A stretch of 64,000 nt of DNA, taken from contig NC_042999.1 in assembly GCF_006345805.1 (NCBI RefSeq), forward strand, positions 38,130,001-38,194,000, in the 5' to 3' direction. Origin of the DNA: Octopus sinensis (lineage: Eukaryota). Numbering within the stretch: the first letter of the stretch is position 1; each line of letters starts with the position of its first letter. A model generated the notes under the pieces. That model was given only the letters and a program-made list of their open reading frames with translations. It had not been told where the DNA came from and did not search any database. Shown piece by piece: positions 1 to 11,569 of this stretch. A program made the position numbers and the translations under genes.

Positions 1-35
1 GGAAGGCACGCTAGATGCCGAAATATCGTTCAACC
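1..35 (+). ncRNA. Possible 3' part of a minimal hammerhead ribozyme cut by the window edge
   Basis: GGA-A, then stem II GGCA(5-8)/TGCC(16-19), GAAA(20-23), short loop III, then TT/TC. The CTGA core and stem I would lie upstream of base 1 and cannot be seen. Confidence 0.35.
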
Positions 36-71
36 AATTTCACATGATATGGCACTGTTCTATTTATTTGT

Positions 72-72
<1 letters not shown>

Positions 73-132
<60 letters not shown>

Positions 133-152
133 TAATAATAATAATAATAATA
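73..152. repeat. (AAT)n microsatellite
   Basis: Direct reading. Confidence 0.95.
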
Positions 153-694
153 TACCAGGCAGTGGCTCTCGTGGCTTCTGATCTTAACTGATTTGAAGTG
201 TTATCATGTACACTGTTTTGTCTTGGTATAAAAGATGGGTTACAGCAAATATTCTGCTCAACACTACAGATTTGCTTGTCAGTTGTTTGACCTAAACCAG
301 TTGAGCATGTCCCTTAGTGGCTGACGATATGTGCATCTCTGATCACGAGCAGAAGTAGTGGGGGAGCATCATAGCCATGTGTTGAGAGGGATTCTTTGGG
401 GTTTGAATAATTCACCTCTGGAAACATGGGTGGTTATTTCAACATCCTTAAACAACCCTTATTCAGGGACCTTTTGAGCGGGATGGGCTACTCAACCTGA
501 AGAAAATTCTAACTGGGCCCCACCTGCAAGGTCATGTGCTGTTTATCTTGATATGAGATCACCATGTCGCGCACATATGGTTGTGATGCATGTGCCTGGT
601 GTACCCTTATCAGACGGGTAGTCATGATGGGTATATTGGGCTTCGTATATTTTACCCCAGTGTCCCTTTGATGGCATGAACTCCTCTCTCACTC
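153..694. mobile_element. 542-bp non-coding interspersed repeat embedded in (AAT)n, copy 1
   Basis: Same length and ends as 28913-29454 with few substitutions; (AAT)n on both sides of both copies. Confidence 0.85.
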
Positions 695-725
695 AATAAT
701 AATAATAATAATAATAATAATAAGT

Positions 726-1078
726 GACTAAAACAATACCTGTTGTCATAGGTGCCCTGGGAATGATAGCAAAAGGGGCTGATTGCTACCTAACTCAGAT
801 ACCAGAAAACCCCAAAATGGTAGAAATTCAAAAGATAGTGCTCATGGGAACTGCTTATATCCTACGCAAAATATTTTCTATGTAATCTCAATGTTTAAAA
901 CAAACAGAATTTTCGTTTTTTTTTCTTTTTAGACATTCACTAGTACAACGCCAGAAAAAAAACCCAAATATACGGCGCACTAGGCATAACAACATGAACT
1001 TCCAACCTGTTGTCTCTTGAGGTCTCTGGGTGAGACTTGGAGCCAAATTGTACAAATATAAAGCAAATGTCAAACATA

Positions 1079-1079
<1 letters not shown>
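726..1079 (+). mobile_element. R4/Dong-like LINE 3' end (family B)
   Basis: Reads TKTIPVVIGALGMIAKGAD...IQKIVLMGTAYILRK (RLE C-terminus), then a 3'UTR matching 54770-55118 and an (AAT)n tail. Confidence 0.85.
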
Positions 1080-1144
<65 letters not shown>

Positions 1145-1179
1145 TAATAATAATAATGAAATAATAATAATGATAGGAA

Positions 1180-1395
1180 GTGCCCATTCTCGCTGTACAA
1201 GAATGTGCAACCAATAGGATGTGCAACGAGCATAGCGAGACAGTTAACAGCATCATCTGTGGCTGTTCAGTCTTTACCAAATCTCAGTATATATGCAGGT
1301 ATTACCGAGTAAGTAATTATATCCATTGGGCAATATGCCAATACTACAACGTAAAAACTGATAAGAAATGTTATAGACATGTGCCAAAAAGAAGG
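1180..1395 (+). pseudogene. Decayed R4/Dong-like zinc-knuckle fragment
   Basis: RMCNEHSETVNSIICGC...Y..VSNYIHWAICQYY...RHVPK aligns by eye with CRICGDGQETINHIISSC...IHWKLCQHY at 57.3-57.5 kb; follows (AAT)n. Confidence 0.7.
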
Positions 1396-2120
1396 TACAA
1401 GACAACGTTCCTATAACTTAGCGAAACACCAAAAGTGACGATACAATGAGTACTAGATTCAAGAAAATTTCAGTTCTGTGGTCGATTTGTCCCACTAAAA
1501 GCGTTGAAAGCGGTGCCCCAGCATGGCTGCAGTCCAATGACTGAAGTAACTAATAAAACATAAAGATACGTTGTCGTCATCACCATTCATATTTTAAAAA
1601 AAAGCAGTAACAACAATACTAGCGACAAAATTTACTTGTGTATCTTTTTCTCTAAATCTCACATGAATTCCAGATAACTGAAATGATGTAGCATCTTCAA
1701 AAAGAATGCCTTTTGTTATAAAACGAAATAAAACTGCAAAAGGTATGGAATAAATAAAATAAATTTCAAAAAATATATATATATTTCTGAAACAGAGAAA
1801 AAATTAAACGTGAACATAAAATAAAATTATGGACATAAATGTAAATTCCCAAAGATATACACACAGGGATAGAATCGGATATTGTTCTGCTATAACTCAC
1901 AGTCACAGAGTCATACATACACATTTATGTACGATAACACGAAGACACTCGTGTATATAAAATGAAGGCTAATTTATAAATGTACATGAGCATACATTAG
2001 TACGTACATGCATACATACAGAAACGGGCACATACACACACACACACAACCGTCTATATATTGTTCATGATATATGTAATACAGATGTTCATAAATAAAA
2101 TACGTAGGTATATGCACACT

Positions 2121-2173
<53 letters not shown>

Positions 2174-2393
2174 GATTGTGAAATATATTAAATACTGAAG
2201 ATATATCTGTGTAAATTTTTCAGGAAGACAATAAATTCTTCTTCTTCTTCTTCTTTACTATAATACTAACACACTCGATAGACTGTTCAGTGTAATGGTG
2301 AAAACAATTCAGTGGGGTCTTCAAATGTATGTTATCTCTATAGGGATAGCAATAAAGCAGCCATTTTATTTTCAACTCTTCTGATTAGCAAAC

Positions 2394-2599
2394 TCATTCA
2401 TTCATGCGCACACGGCTATACGTACAAATGCTAAATTTCATATACTTACATAAATATATGTATGAATACATGTATGCACACATATACATTAAATCTATAT
2501 ATATATATACGTTGTTGTGTATATATATATATACATACACACACACACACATATATACATACATACATACATACATACATACATACATACATACACACA

Positions 2600-2635
<36 letters not shown>

Positions 2636-2669
2636 TATGCATATATATATATATATGCATATATATATA

Positions 2670-2718
<49 letters not shown>

Positions 2719-2778
2719 GACAACGTATATATATATACACACATATATATTTATATATACATATATATTTTTTGTGAA

Positions 2779-2819
<41 letters not shown>
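2394..2819. repeat. Compound (TA)n/(CA)n/(CATA)n/(CT)n microsatellite
   Basis: Direct reading; source of the spurious YI-rich ORFs. Confidence 0.95.
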
Positions 2820-4068
2820 CTGGGTGGAGAAGCAAAATTTACAATGAACATTAAGTTGTTTTTTCTCAGCAGGCACTAAGTCAATTGTTTTGAAACCTAG
2901 CAAATACTGATGCCGTAATCATACCTAACACTATTACCCTTACCTTTTCAGAAACTTTTGCCCATATGAGTAATCAGGAAAGCAAATGTCAAAGAGTGTG
3001 TGATTTGCTGAATGCACTCGTCACACCAAAGGATATTTCAAGAATTGTTGGAGTGTCCATAAAGACTGTTTATAATGTAAAGAATAGAATGACTATGAGC
3101 AAAACTATTATGAGGAAGTCTGGAAGTGGAGGAATCAACAAAAACGTACCAAAGCTTTTATTAAAGCTCTCAAATCCGAAATCCAAAAGGATCCAACCAA
3201 ATCCGTGAGAAAAATGGCAATTAAACTTGAGGTAGACAACACGACCATTAGAAATGCAGTAAAATATGATTTGAGGTTTAAATCTTACACAAGAACACCA
3301 AAACACTTGTTGACAGCAGCTATGAAGGAAAAGAGACTGGAAAGGTGCAAGAAAATTATTACAAGGTTCTAGAAAAAGTCCTCCATTGTAACGATCTTTT
3401 CAGATGAAAAGATTTTCACTGTCGATGCTGTTCTGAACCGCGGAATGACAGATTTATCGCAAAATCAACAGCTGAGGTTAAGGAGACATTCAAAACAAAA
3501 CATCCTGCTCAAGTTATGGTTTTTGGTGTTGTGGCTTCCGATAGAAAGAAAGTGCGTATAAAATTCTATAAAGCTGATGAAAAGATCAACGTTAGTACTT
3601 CCTACAAAACACTGGGATACCAGGTATTGCTATGGTTTAAAGCAAACTAACCAGACGGTAATTGTGTATGGACACAGGATGGTGCTCCAGCACTCGCAAC
3701 TAGAAAAATACAAGATTTCTGCAAATCCAAGTTTAGCAATTTTTTGGAATCATGTTTATTGCCCCTTTCTAGCCCAGATCTAAACCCTCTGGATTATACT
3801 ATTTGGGGTGTTTTAGAACATGCTACCAATAGAACATCACACAGTAATGTCGACTCTCTTAAAGAAGAATGGGGAAACTTTATCTCCCGAAAATTTGAGG
3901 AACACTTGCGCAAGTTTCAGGAACCGTGTGAAGGCAGTTATTGAGAAAGAAGGAGAACACATAGAATAAAAACATTTTCTGTTATGTAAATTTTCTTGTG
4001 GCAAATAATTGGTCATACAATGTCTTTCAATCCCTGCCTCAAAATATTGTAAATTTTGCTTCCCCACC

Positions 4069-4071
<3 letters not shown>
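2820..4071 (+). mobile_element. Tc1/mariner DNA transposon (maT/DD37D-like), transposase disrupted
   Basis: 26-bp TIRs (2820-2845 and 4046-4071, 2 mismatches) with TA on both sides. Fragments read HTH region, FSDEKIFTVD, QDGAPA, SPDLNPLDY.IWG.LE; several frameshifts. Confidence 0.9.
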
Positions 4072-4134
<63 letters not shown>

Positions 4135-4359
4135 ATGTATATAGAAATACAAATCAAGGCAACGGAAAATATACACATAGAATGTTGCTAAATCCACTTC
4201 GGTTACCGTCCAAAGGTTGGTAGTAATTTCACGCCTTTGATATGTTATTCTCCTTGACGACGAGAAGCCGCTGGTGAATAGAAAGCAAGCAAATAAGAGA
4301 CCAAACACGACAGAAAGTGAACATAAACTCTATTACAATACTCGACCCACAGAAGATCC

Positions 4360-4618
4360 GGCTCCTGAAATTAATGTGTGACTGATTGAGACCCATGCGT
4401 ACCTTTGACGTAGTTCTTAATGAGATTCAACGTGACACAGAATGTGACAAGTCTTGTCATTTGATATTACAGCTACAGCACATTTTTGCCAGGTGAGTGA
4501 ACTGGAGTCTCATAAAATAAAGTATCTTGCTAAAGGACTCAACGCATCGCCAGAATTCGAGCTCACGACCTTCGGATCGTTAGCCGAATTTCCTAACCAG
4601 TAAGCCACGCGTCTTCAC
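4360..4618 (-). mobile_element. tRNA-derived CORE-type SINE
   Basis: tRNA-like head at 4618-4550 and a CORE-like block; its tail is shared with 30740-30880. Confidence 0.7.
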
Positions 4619-4839
4619 ACACAATGATTGCGACTATTGTAATGATTTGCAAATATGATATGGCATGAAATTTTAACATGGACCCTTCGTGAACAAGCGT
4701 GTATATATGTTTATATATGTATGAGCGTATATATGCACCACTATGTGCATACTCGCATATACACACATCAACGTGAGTGTGTACATGTAACTGTGTTTAG
4801 GTATATGTATAAAATAATACATGATAAATGCGCCCTTTT

Positions 4840-5078
4840 AAAGTCTAGCCAGGCTCATGGGCCCGGTTTCCCGGTTTCAATGGCGTATGTGTTCCCCAGC
4901 TGGACGGGACGCCAATCCATCGCAGCGTTACTCATTTTTGCCGGCTGAGTGGACTGGAGCAACGTGAAATGAAGTGTTTTGCTCAAGAACACAACACATC
5001 GCCCAGTCAAGGAATCGAAACCACAATCTTACGATCATGATGCTGACACCCAAACCAGTAAGCCACGGGCCTCCGCAC
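4840..5078 (-). mobile_element. tRNA-derived CORE-type SINE (different tail)
   Basis: Head and CORE block as in 4360-4618 and 36865-37188; tail (GGCGTCCC...GAAACCGGGAAA) shared with 59800-59912. Confidence 0.75.
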
Positions 5079-5408
5079 ATGTGTGTATACTTTTCCTTAA
5101 TTTCTTTCTTGCTCTCCTCCTAACTAAACTTCTCTCTTTCTGATACATCCAACTGCAGCGTATAATATATATTCAGCCTCCGATACAATTCTTCATTACT
5201 ACAGTTTCCTGGAATTTACAGATTACTTCTCGCCAACCTACATATATAATGAGCACAAGCTACTTTTCCCTCTTTCTTTTTCTTTCTATTCCTTTATTTT
5301 ACCGTCGCCTCCAAACCCCGTTACACCCCAACCTCAAGTGCCGTTATCATAATTTTCCTGCTTTACTGTTTCCTTTTTCTCTCTTTTCTTTCTCTGGAGA
5401 CCGCATCT

Positions 5409-5627
5409 ACATACATACATACATACACACATACATACATACATACATACATGCATGCATGCATGCATACATACCTACATACATACATACATACATACAT
5501 GCATACATGCATACATGCATGCATGCATACATACATACATGCATGCATGCATGCATACATACATACATACATACATACATACATACCTACATACATACCT
5601 ACATACCTACATACATACATACATACA

Positions 5628-5656
<29 letters not shown>
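5409..5656. repeat. (CATA/CATG)n compound microsatellite
   Basis: Direct reading. Confidence 0.95.
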
Positions 5657-5658
<2 letters not shown>

Positions 5659-5961
5659 GTGAGTTTGTGTATGTATAATTGAGGATTCCTGTTTGTGTGT
5701 ATATATGAACGCATATATATATGTATATGTGTTGGTATGTACATATGTACCATTAGAATATGTGAAACTGAGTAACAGTTTTGTGATGTTTTTGCAGTTT
5801 TATTAAAAATAGTATATTATATATATTATATATATATATATGTATATATATATATCACGTGACCGACCAGGCTATCAGATGTTGCTCCACATCGCTGGTC
5901 ACAATGTGCTTCGCATTGTTTTAGCCTTCAAATGACGTCACCCGCTGGCTAAGCAAACAGG

Positions 5962-6047
<86 letters not shown>

Positions 6048-6282
6048 TATATATATATGTATATATTTGGTGAAATAGAAAGATGAATAATCTTGTTGCA
6101 GATTAATCAAAAAGTTTAACCGTTACCTTGGCAGCAAAAATCACAGCAGAAGAAAGCACGGTTGGAGGTACAACCATATGGTGTTGCAACCGTGCGTTGG
6201 TGCGGATAATTGAATTTTAATATTATTAGTGAATTGAAGAAATGGAGTTGAACGAAGATTGAACAGAAATCCTTTTATTGCA

Positions 6283-6362
6283 TTCTACACGTGTTTCGAA
6301 CGCCACAATTTACCAAATTCCGATTGAATAAGGAGACCATATTGTGTCTTTCTCTTCAGGAA
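6283..6362 (-). ncRNA. Type I hammerhead ribozyme (family H1, left arm)
   Basis: Mirror of 7174-7253. Confidence 0.7.
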
Positions 6363-6664
6363 GAAATAGGAATTCCGTTGGCAGAACAAAAACAGAACAG
6401 AGGCGCAGCAAAACAAATCGAACGAGGAGGCTCCTAAGAGCCCGTGGCCAAACTGTTTATCAATGTATGTTGAAATCGGGTGGTGGGTGCGTTGAAGATA
6501 TTTACAGGTCAGGCAGCGGTCAATCCGGTGGGTGAGAGCACGGGGTGCGTAGATGTTCTTTGTGACCGAAACTAAGGTTCTGACTATTTTAAGAATATCA
6601 GGTGTATTATATGGGGCGAGACAAAATCTACTTTGACGACGTGAGGTTTTTTTTGACAAAGCAT

Positions 6665-6864
6665 GATTAGACGAACACACGAACACATAAAATATTTTCT
6701 GCCGCCTGACGGATTTTTCAGCAGTGACCATTGTGTAGCGCTTTTTACCAACTTACGGCCGCGCGATTAAACGAACGCACGAACACATAAAATATTTTCT
6801 GCCGCCTGACGGATTTTTCAGCAGTGACCATTGTGTAGCGCTTTTTACCAACTTACGGCCGCGC
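6665..6864. repeat. 100-bp x2 tandem duplication in the spacer of the inverted repeat
   Basis: 6665-6764 and 6765-6864 differ at about 2 positions. Confidence 0.95.
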
Positions 6865-7173
6865 ACATATGGAACAGTTCATACACACACACACATGTTT
6901 CTAAGTAGATTTTGTCTCGCCCCATATAATACACCTAATATTCTTAAAATAGTCAGAACCTTAGTCTCGGTCACAAAGAACATCTACGCACCCCGTGCTC
7001 TCACCCACCGGATTGACCGCTGCCTGACCTGTAAATATCTTCAACGCACCCACCACCCGATTTCAACATACATTGATAAACAGTTTGGCCATGGGCTCTT
7101 AGGAGCCTCCTCGTTCGATTTGTTTTGCTGCGCCTCTGTTCTGTTTTTGTTCTGCCAACGGAATTCCTATTTC

Positions 7174-7253
7174 TTCCTGAAGAGAAAGACACAATATGTT
7201 CTCCTTATTCAATCGGAATTTGGTAAATTGGGGCTTTCGAAACACGTGTAGAA
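7174..7253 (+). ncRNA. Type I hammerhead ribozyme (family H1, right arm)
   Basis: Stem I TTC/GAA, CTGAAGA 7177-7183, stem II GAAAGACACAAT/ATTGGGGCTTTC with a 31-nt loop, GAAA 7239-7242, palindromic stem III ACACGTGT, GUA cleavage triplet. Confidence 0.75.
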
Positions 7254-7355
7254 TGCAATAAAAGGATTTCTGTTCAATCTTCGTTCAACTCCATTTCTTC
7301 AATTCACTAATAATATATATGTATATATATATATATTTATGTATGTATATATACA

Positions 7356-7418
<63 letters not shown>

Positions 7419-7458
7419 TATATATACATATATACATATACATACATACATACATACA

Positions 7459-7540
<82 letters not shown>

Positions 7541-7544
7541 CACA

Positions 7545-8290
7545 CATCAGTTGAATAAAGTTAAAACAATATCTCCTTTTTACGTTTTTTACTATGGTAT
7601 TTAAACAAGAAATTTTTTTACAATGTTGAATTGTGTTAAACGTTAGAAATATGTTCATACAGTTTAATTAGCGCTTTCATACATTCGCAGTAATCGTCAG
7701 ATTTCCAAATGTATTTAACTGACATTTGAATTCTTGACAACTTTAGTAAAATGACTGACTTCTTCCTTTTTGTACCTCTTAGAAGGCTGCAATAGTCTAA
7801 ATTTTTGGAATACGGTTTTGACCAAATCACATGCAGTTTAAAACGTCATGATTTGCCGACATTACTGGCATAGAGCCCGCCTTTATTTTAACCAAATACC
7901 TTGCGGTTTACATGTAATAGTTTTATGAGTGAGCAAACTTAGTTTGGCGGAAGTTTTCTGTAATTTGTATTTATTTTCATATGTCACAGATATTTTTTAA
8001 TCCACATCATTTACTCTTTGTTATATTATTGTTGTTATTTCGTTTCAGAACAGCTTTGAACATTTTAACAAGCCGTTTTTCTTTTATCTTTCTTCCAACT
8101 TCATTTGTGTGATGTAGTTTGTGGAAAGGAAAAATTAGAAATATCTTCTCATCACATGTTTCTGTATGTTCGCTCAATAGAATATGGCGAACATTAGTGC
8201 TCTGATTTGTTGTCCGTGGACTCGTGAGAAAATTGTCGGAAGATAACCAAGACTTTTGTCGGTAACTACGACTTGTAGAGCTTTTTGTTA
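7545..8290 (-). mobile_element. Penelope-like element 3' fragment (GIY-YIG C-terminus plus pLTR)
   Basis: RVHGQQIR / RHILLSEHTETCDEKIFLIFPFHKL...RKIKEKRLVKMFKAVL resembles LHRQQI..RMIPFSEHIEKC...FLIFPFYQC...RLNKETFFIEKYKPRLN at ~50 kb; ends in (TA)n. Confidence 0.75.
7666..7703 (-). ncRNA. Minimal type I hammerhead ribozyme (family H2)
   Basis: AAT-CTGACGA-TTAC tgcgaat GTAT-GAAA-GCGC-TA-ATT; palindromic AGCGCT stem III; one mismatch at the base of stem II. Confidence 0.7.
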
Positions 8291-8334
8291 TTGATAAAAA
8301 TAATGAGAATGACGAATCCTTGGCGAAAAATTTA

Positions 8335-8457
8335 TAAATAAATAAATAAATAAATATATAAATATATATATATATACATATATATGTATGTATATATATA
8401 TATATATATTATATATATATGTATGTATATATATATATATGTATGTATATATATATG

Positions 8458-8500
<43 letters not shown>

Positions 8501-8525
8501 ATATATATATATATATATATGTATG

Positions 8526-8611
<86 letters not shown>

Positions 8612-8641
8612 TATATGTATATATACATACATATATATGTA

Positions 8642-8712
<71 letters not shown>

Positions 8713-8718
8713 GTATAT

Positions 8719-8760
<42 letters not shown>
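8335..8760. repeat. Long imperfect (TA)n microsatellite
   Basis: Direct reading. Confidence 0.95.
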
Positions 8761-8764
<4 letters not shown>

Positions 8765-9003
8765 AACTGAGGAATGAAAGAAAGTTGCACCCATCACATT
8801 TGGCAGGATTTACAAATATTGTTTAATAACGGTTTTTTTTCCGGCCCCATGCAAGTTATAGGTTCGGAGACACGTCTTGTGAACCCTATATGTTATGTCA
8901 GGCTCGTACGGTTCTACGAGCCTGTCGCGTTAGGTTCGTTTGTGCAGCCTACGAAACTAAGTAGCATGGCTCAATGAAACTGTTATCAGACTATGTGAAT
9001 GTA

Positions 9004-9037
<34 letters not shown>

Positions 9038-10357
9038 TGAGTGAGTGAGTGCATATGTATACTTCTGTTAACATGGATCATAAAAGATACTGTGATCTCC
9101 TAATGGTATCAGCAAAAAAGACGCTCTTCACTAGACAGTCGTGATTCATCATAAGTATAAAAATAGAAGCAAAAATAAGTAATTTAACGGTTGTTGATCA
9201 AACTCTCCTATTCGATGTTCATTTAAATCTGCAGAACCTACATTACTCTTCTCTCCTCTTATCTTTTCTCCCTTCATTATCCACTGCCGTCTAAATTTAT
9301 CTTCTCTTTCTTTCGATTAATCTTATACTTTCTTTGTGACGGTATTAAAACTGGCTACACATTATTTCTTCTTATCTTCATGACTAACTTAATTACATCA
9401 CTCCTCTCAACCTTTTGTCATTCTCAAATGTGTCTTTCTTTTTCTCTCACTGTCGTCCTAATAAATTCTCTATTAGTCGATCTACACACACACACACATA
9501 CATACACACGCATACGCACAGACACACTCAAACACACACGCATACACACACTCAAACACACACGCACATATATGCCTTTCTTCAGTTTACTCTTTTTTTC
9601 AAACTCTTGTAATCATTCTGTCATAATTATCTTTACATTAATAAAGAGTTTTTCTTTTCAGTTGAAATCTAGGACAAAGCTTTTGAACAAAATTTCATTC
9701 GGTTCTCTGATGGATAGACATCGATGTAAATAACGAAATTATGTTCGACAAATGTCTGTCTATAACCTTACTGACTTCAGGATCGCTACGACGCACAAGA
9801 GGCCATTTTGATTTGATTAGAGTATTCTTTTGATGGAGACTAACTTCATTAATGCCTCGTCATTTCCTCATCATTTCCTCCACATTTTCACGCCATTTCT
9901 ATGCTTTAAAAAGAAAAGTACGTGACTTATTTATGGTAAATATCAATTTTCACATCAGTATATATTTGATACATATTCCTCAAAGAAAGGAAGCAATAAA
10001 AAGAAAGACAGAAAAAAAAAACCCAAAACAGGAACAACGAGGCCAATAAATCTAAAAAGAAACTAAAAAGTAAGCTGAACATACAATTTTGGAGGAGAAA
10101 ATGATGAAATTAATGTATCGAATAATTCATAAAGTAACAAAGAATAAAAATATAAAGAACGAAAATCTAATTTCTATATACAGAAACTTAGGTAGACACC
10201 CTTCATACACTTCCGAACAAACATATATATGTATATACACAAACACACACAAAAATAACACGCACACACACAGACATACACATATATATTTAGGCTTATG
10301 CGTATATATATATATAAGTAGATATGTATAAACGTATGTATATATGTATGCATTATG

Positions 10358-10404
<47 letters not shown>

Positions 10405-10598
10405 ACTGTGTGTGTGTGTGTGTGTGTTTATATGTATGTGTTTGTGTGTGTGCCCGCGTGTGAGTATTTCGTGTTAAGGTTACAAGAAGATGCACCTTAC
10501 TGGAATAGAACAAAGCGCTGCATATACCCTTGTGGTAGTATCCGTTTGGCTGGTTTTAGGGCTAGTTAGCTTGCAGTGGCATAGAGTCGTATAATGTA

Positions 10599-11146
10599 TT
10601 GGGTTGTCCGGAAAGTTCGTGCCGATTTATAGTAGCTTATATTTCGACTTATTTTAGAACATGGTTGAGTCCATTAAATATGATTTTATTGCACCTCCAT
10701 TTAGAGCACAGTTTAAGCTATCTTTTCGTGGAAGAAGGTTTATATTCCTATAACCTGTGTTAATTCTGTAACCCTCTAAGATGGAAGATAAGAAAGTTCG
10801 TTTTCGGCACTTGATGTTTTGGGAACACATGCTGCGATGTGTTATCCGACCCTCCATATTCGCCAGATATTGTTCCTTCGGATTTCCACTGATTCAGGTC
10901 TCTGCAGAATAGTCTTAATGGTAAACATTTCAATTCCTTGGATGACTTAAAAGGATACCTTGATTAATTCTTTGCCATGAAACCACCTCAATTCTGGGAA
11001 GAGGGTATTTTTAAGTGAAAGGGAAAGATGGAGACGCATTGTGTAGCAAAATGATTCATATTTGGTTGATTAAAAATATAATGGCAAGTATTTATTGACC
11101 TTTTTCTTTCCTTTAAAAATCGGCACGAACTTTCCGGACAATCCAA
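10599..11146 (+). mobile_element. Internally deleted mariner element
   Basis: ~30-bp TIRs TTGGGTTGTCCGGAAAGTTCGTGCCGATTT with TA TSD. Retains the N-terminal MEDKKVRFRHLM and a C-terminal PPQFWEEGIFK..RWRRIV remnant. Confidence 0.9.
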
Positions 11147-11532
11147 TATAATAATGAAATTATATAAAATAACCTCAGCTTTCTCTACCGATTACTTTTC
11201 CTCCAGTTCCTTTCTCTTCCTGTCCCTTAACACCACTCTCCGTCTCCCTCCCATTTACATCTCTATAGGTATTCTGTCCATTCTTGCCATGTCTCTCCTC
11301 ATCTAATAGGCGACATAAACTGACCCGATCAACCATAAATGGGGAATCCCATCAACTTGCTCATATCTTCATGTCTAAACTGTGCAATATTTTGCGTACT
11401 AGAATGGAATTTCCATTTTATCTATTGAGTATTATCTGAAACACAAGTATTAAATGTATTCAAAATATCGTTATTTGACTTCATTTTACACACACCCATA
11501 CACACATATACAGACACATTTGTATATACATA

Positions 11533-11569
11533 GGGCACAGGCGTAGCTGTGTGGTAAGAAGCTTGCTTC
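11533..11569 (+). mobile_element. SINE head interrupted by an insertion
   Basis: GGGCACAGGCGTAGCTGTGTGGTAAGAAGCTTGCTTC matches the head of the 20616 family. Confidence 0.7.

Larger units (their letters stand above)
6220..7316. mobile_element. Head-to-head inverted pair of ~414-bp Penelope-type pseudo-LTR-like units
   Basis: Arms 6220-6633 and 6903-7316 are near-identical reverse complements; each holds a hammerhead and a downstream AATAAA. The right arm runs into (TA)n; the left arm continues ~155 bp further to (TA)n. Confidence 0.75.

Noticed and set aside
6285-7251. Paired 148-aa and 118-aa ORFs on opposite strands
   Set aside because: By-products of the inverted repeat; no motif, and they differ in start and length.
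9772-9903. Minus-strand 132-bp segment with good splice sites
   Set aside because: Stops in all three frames; could only be non-coding.
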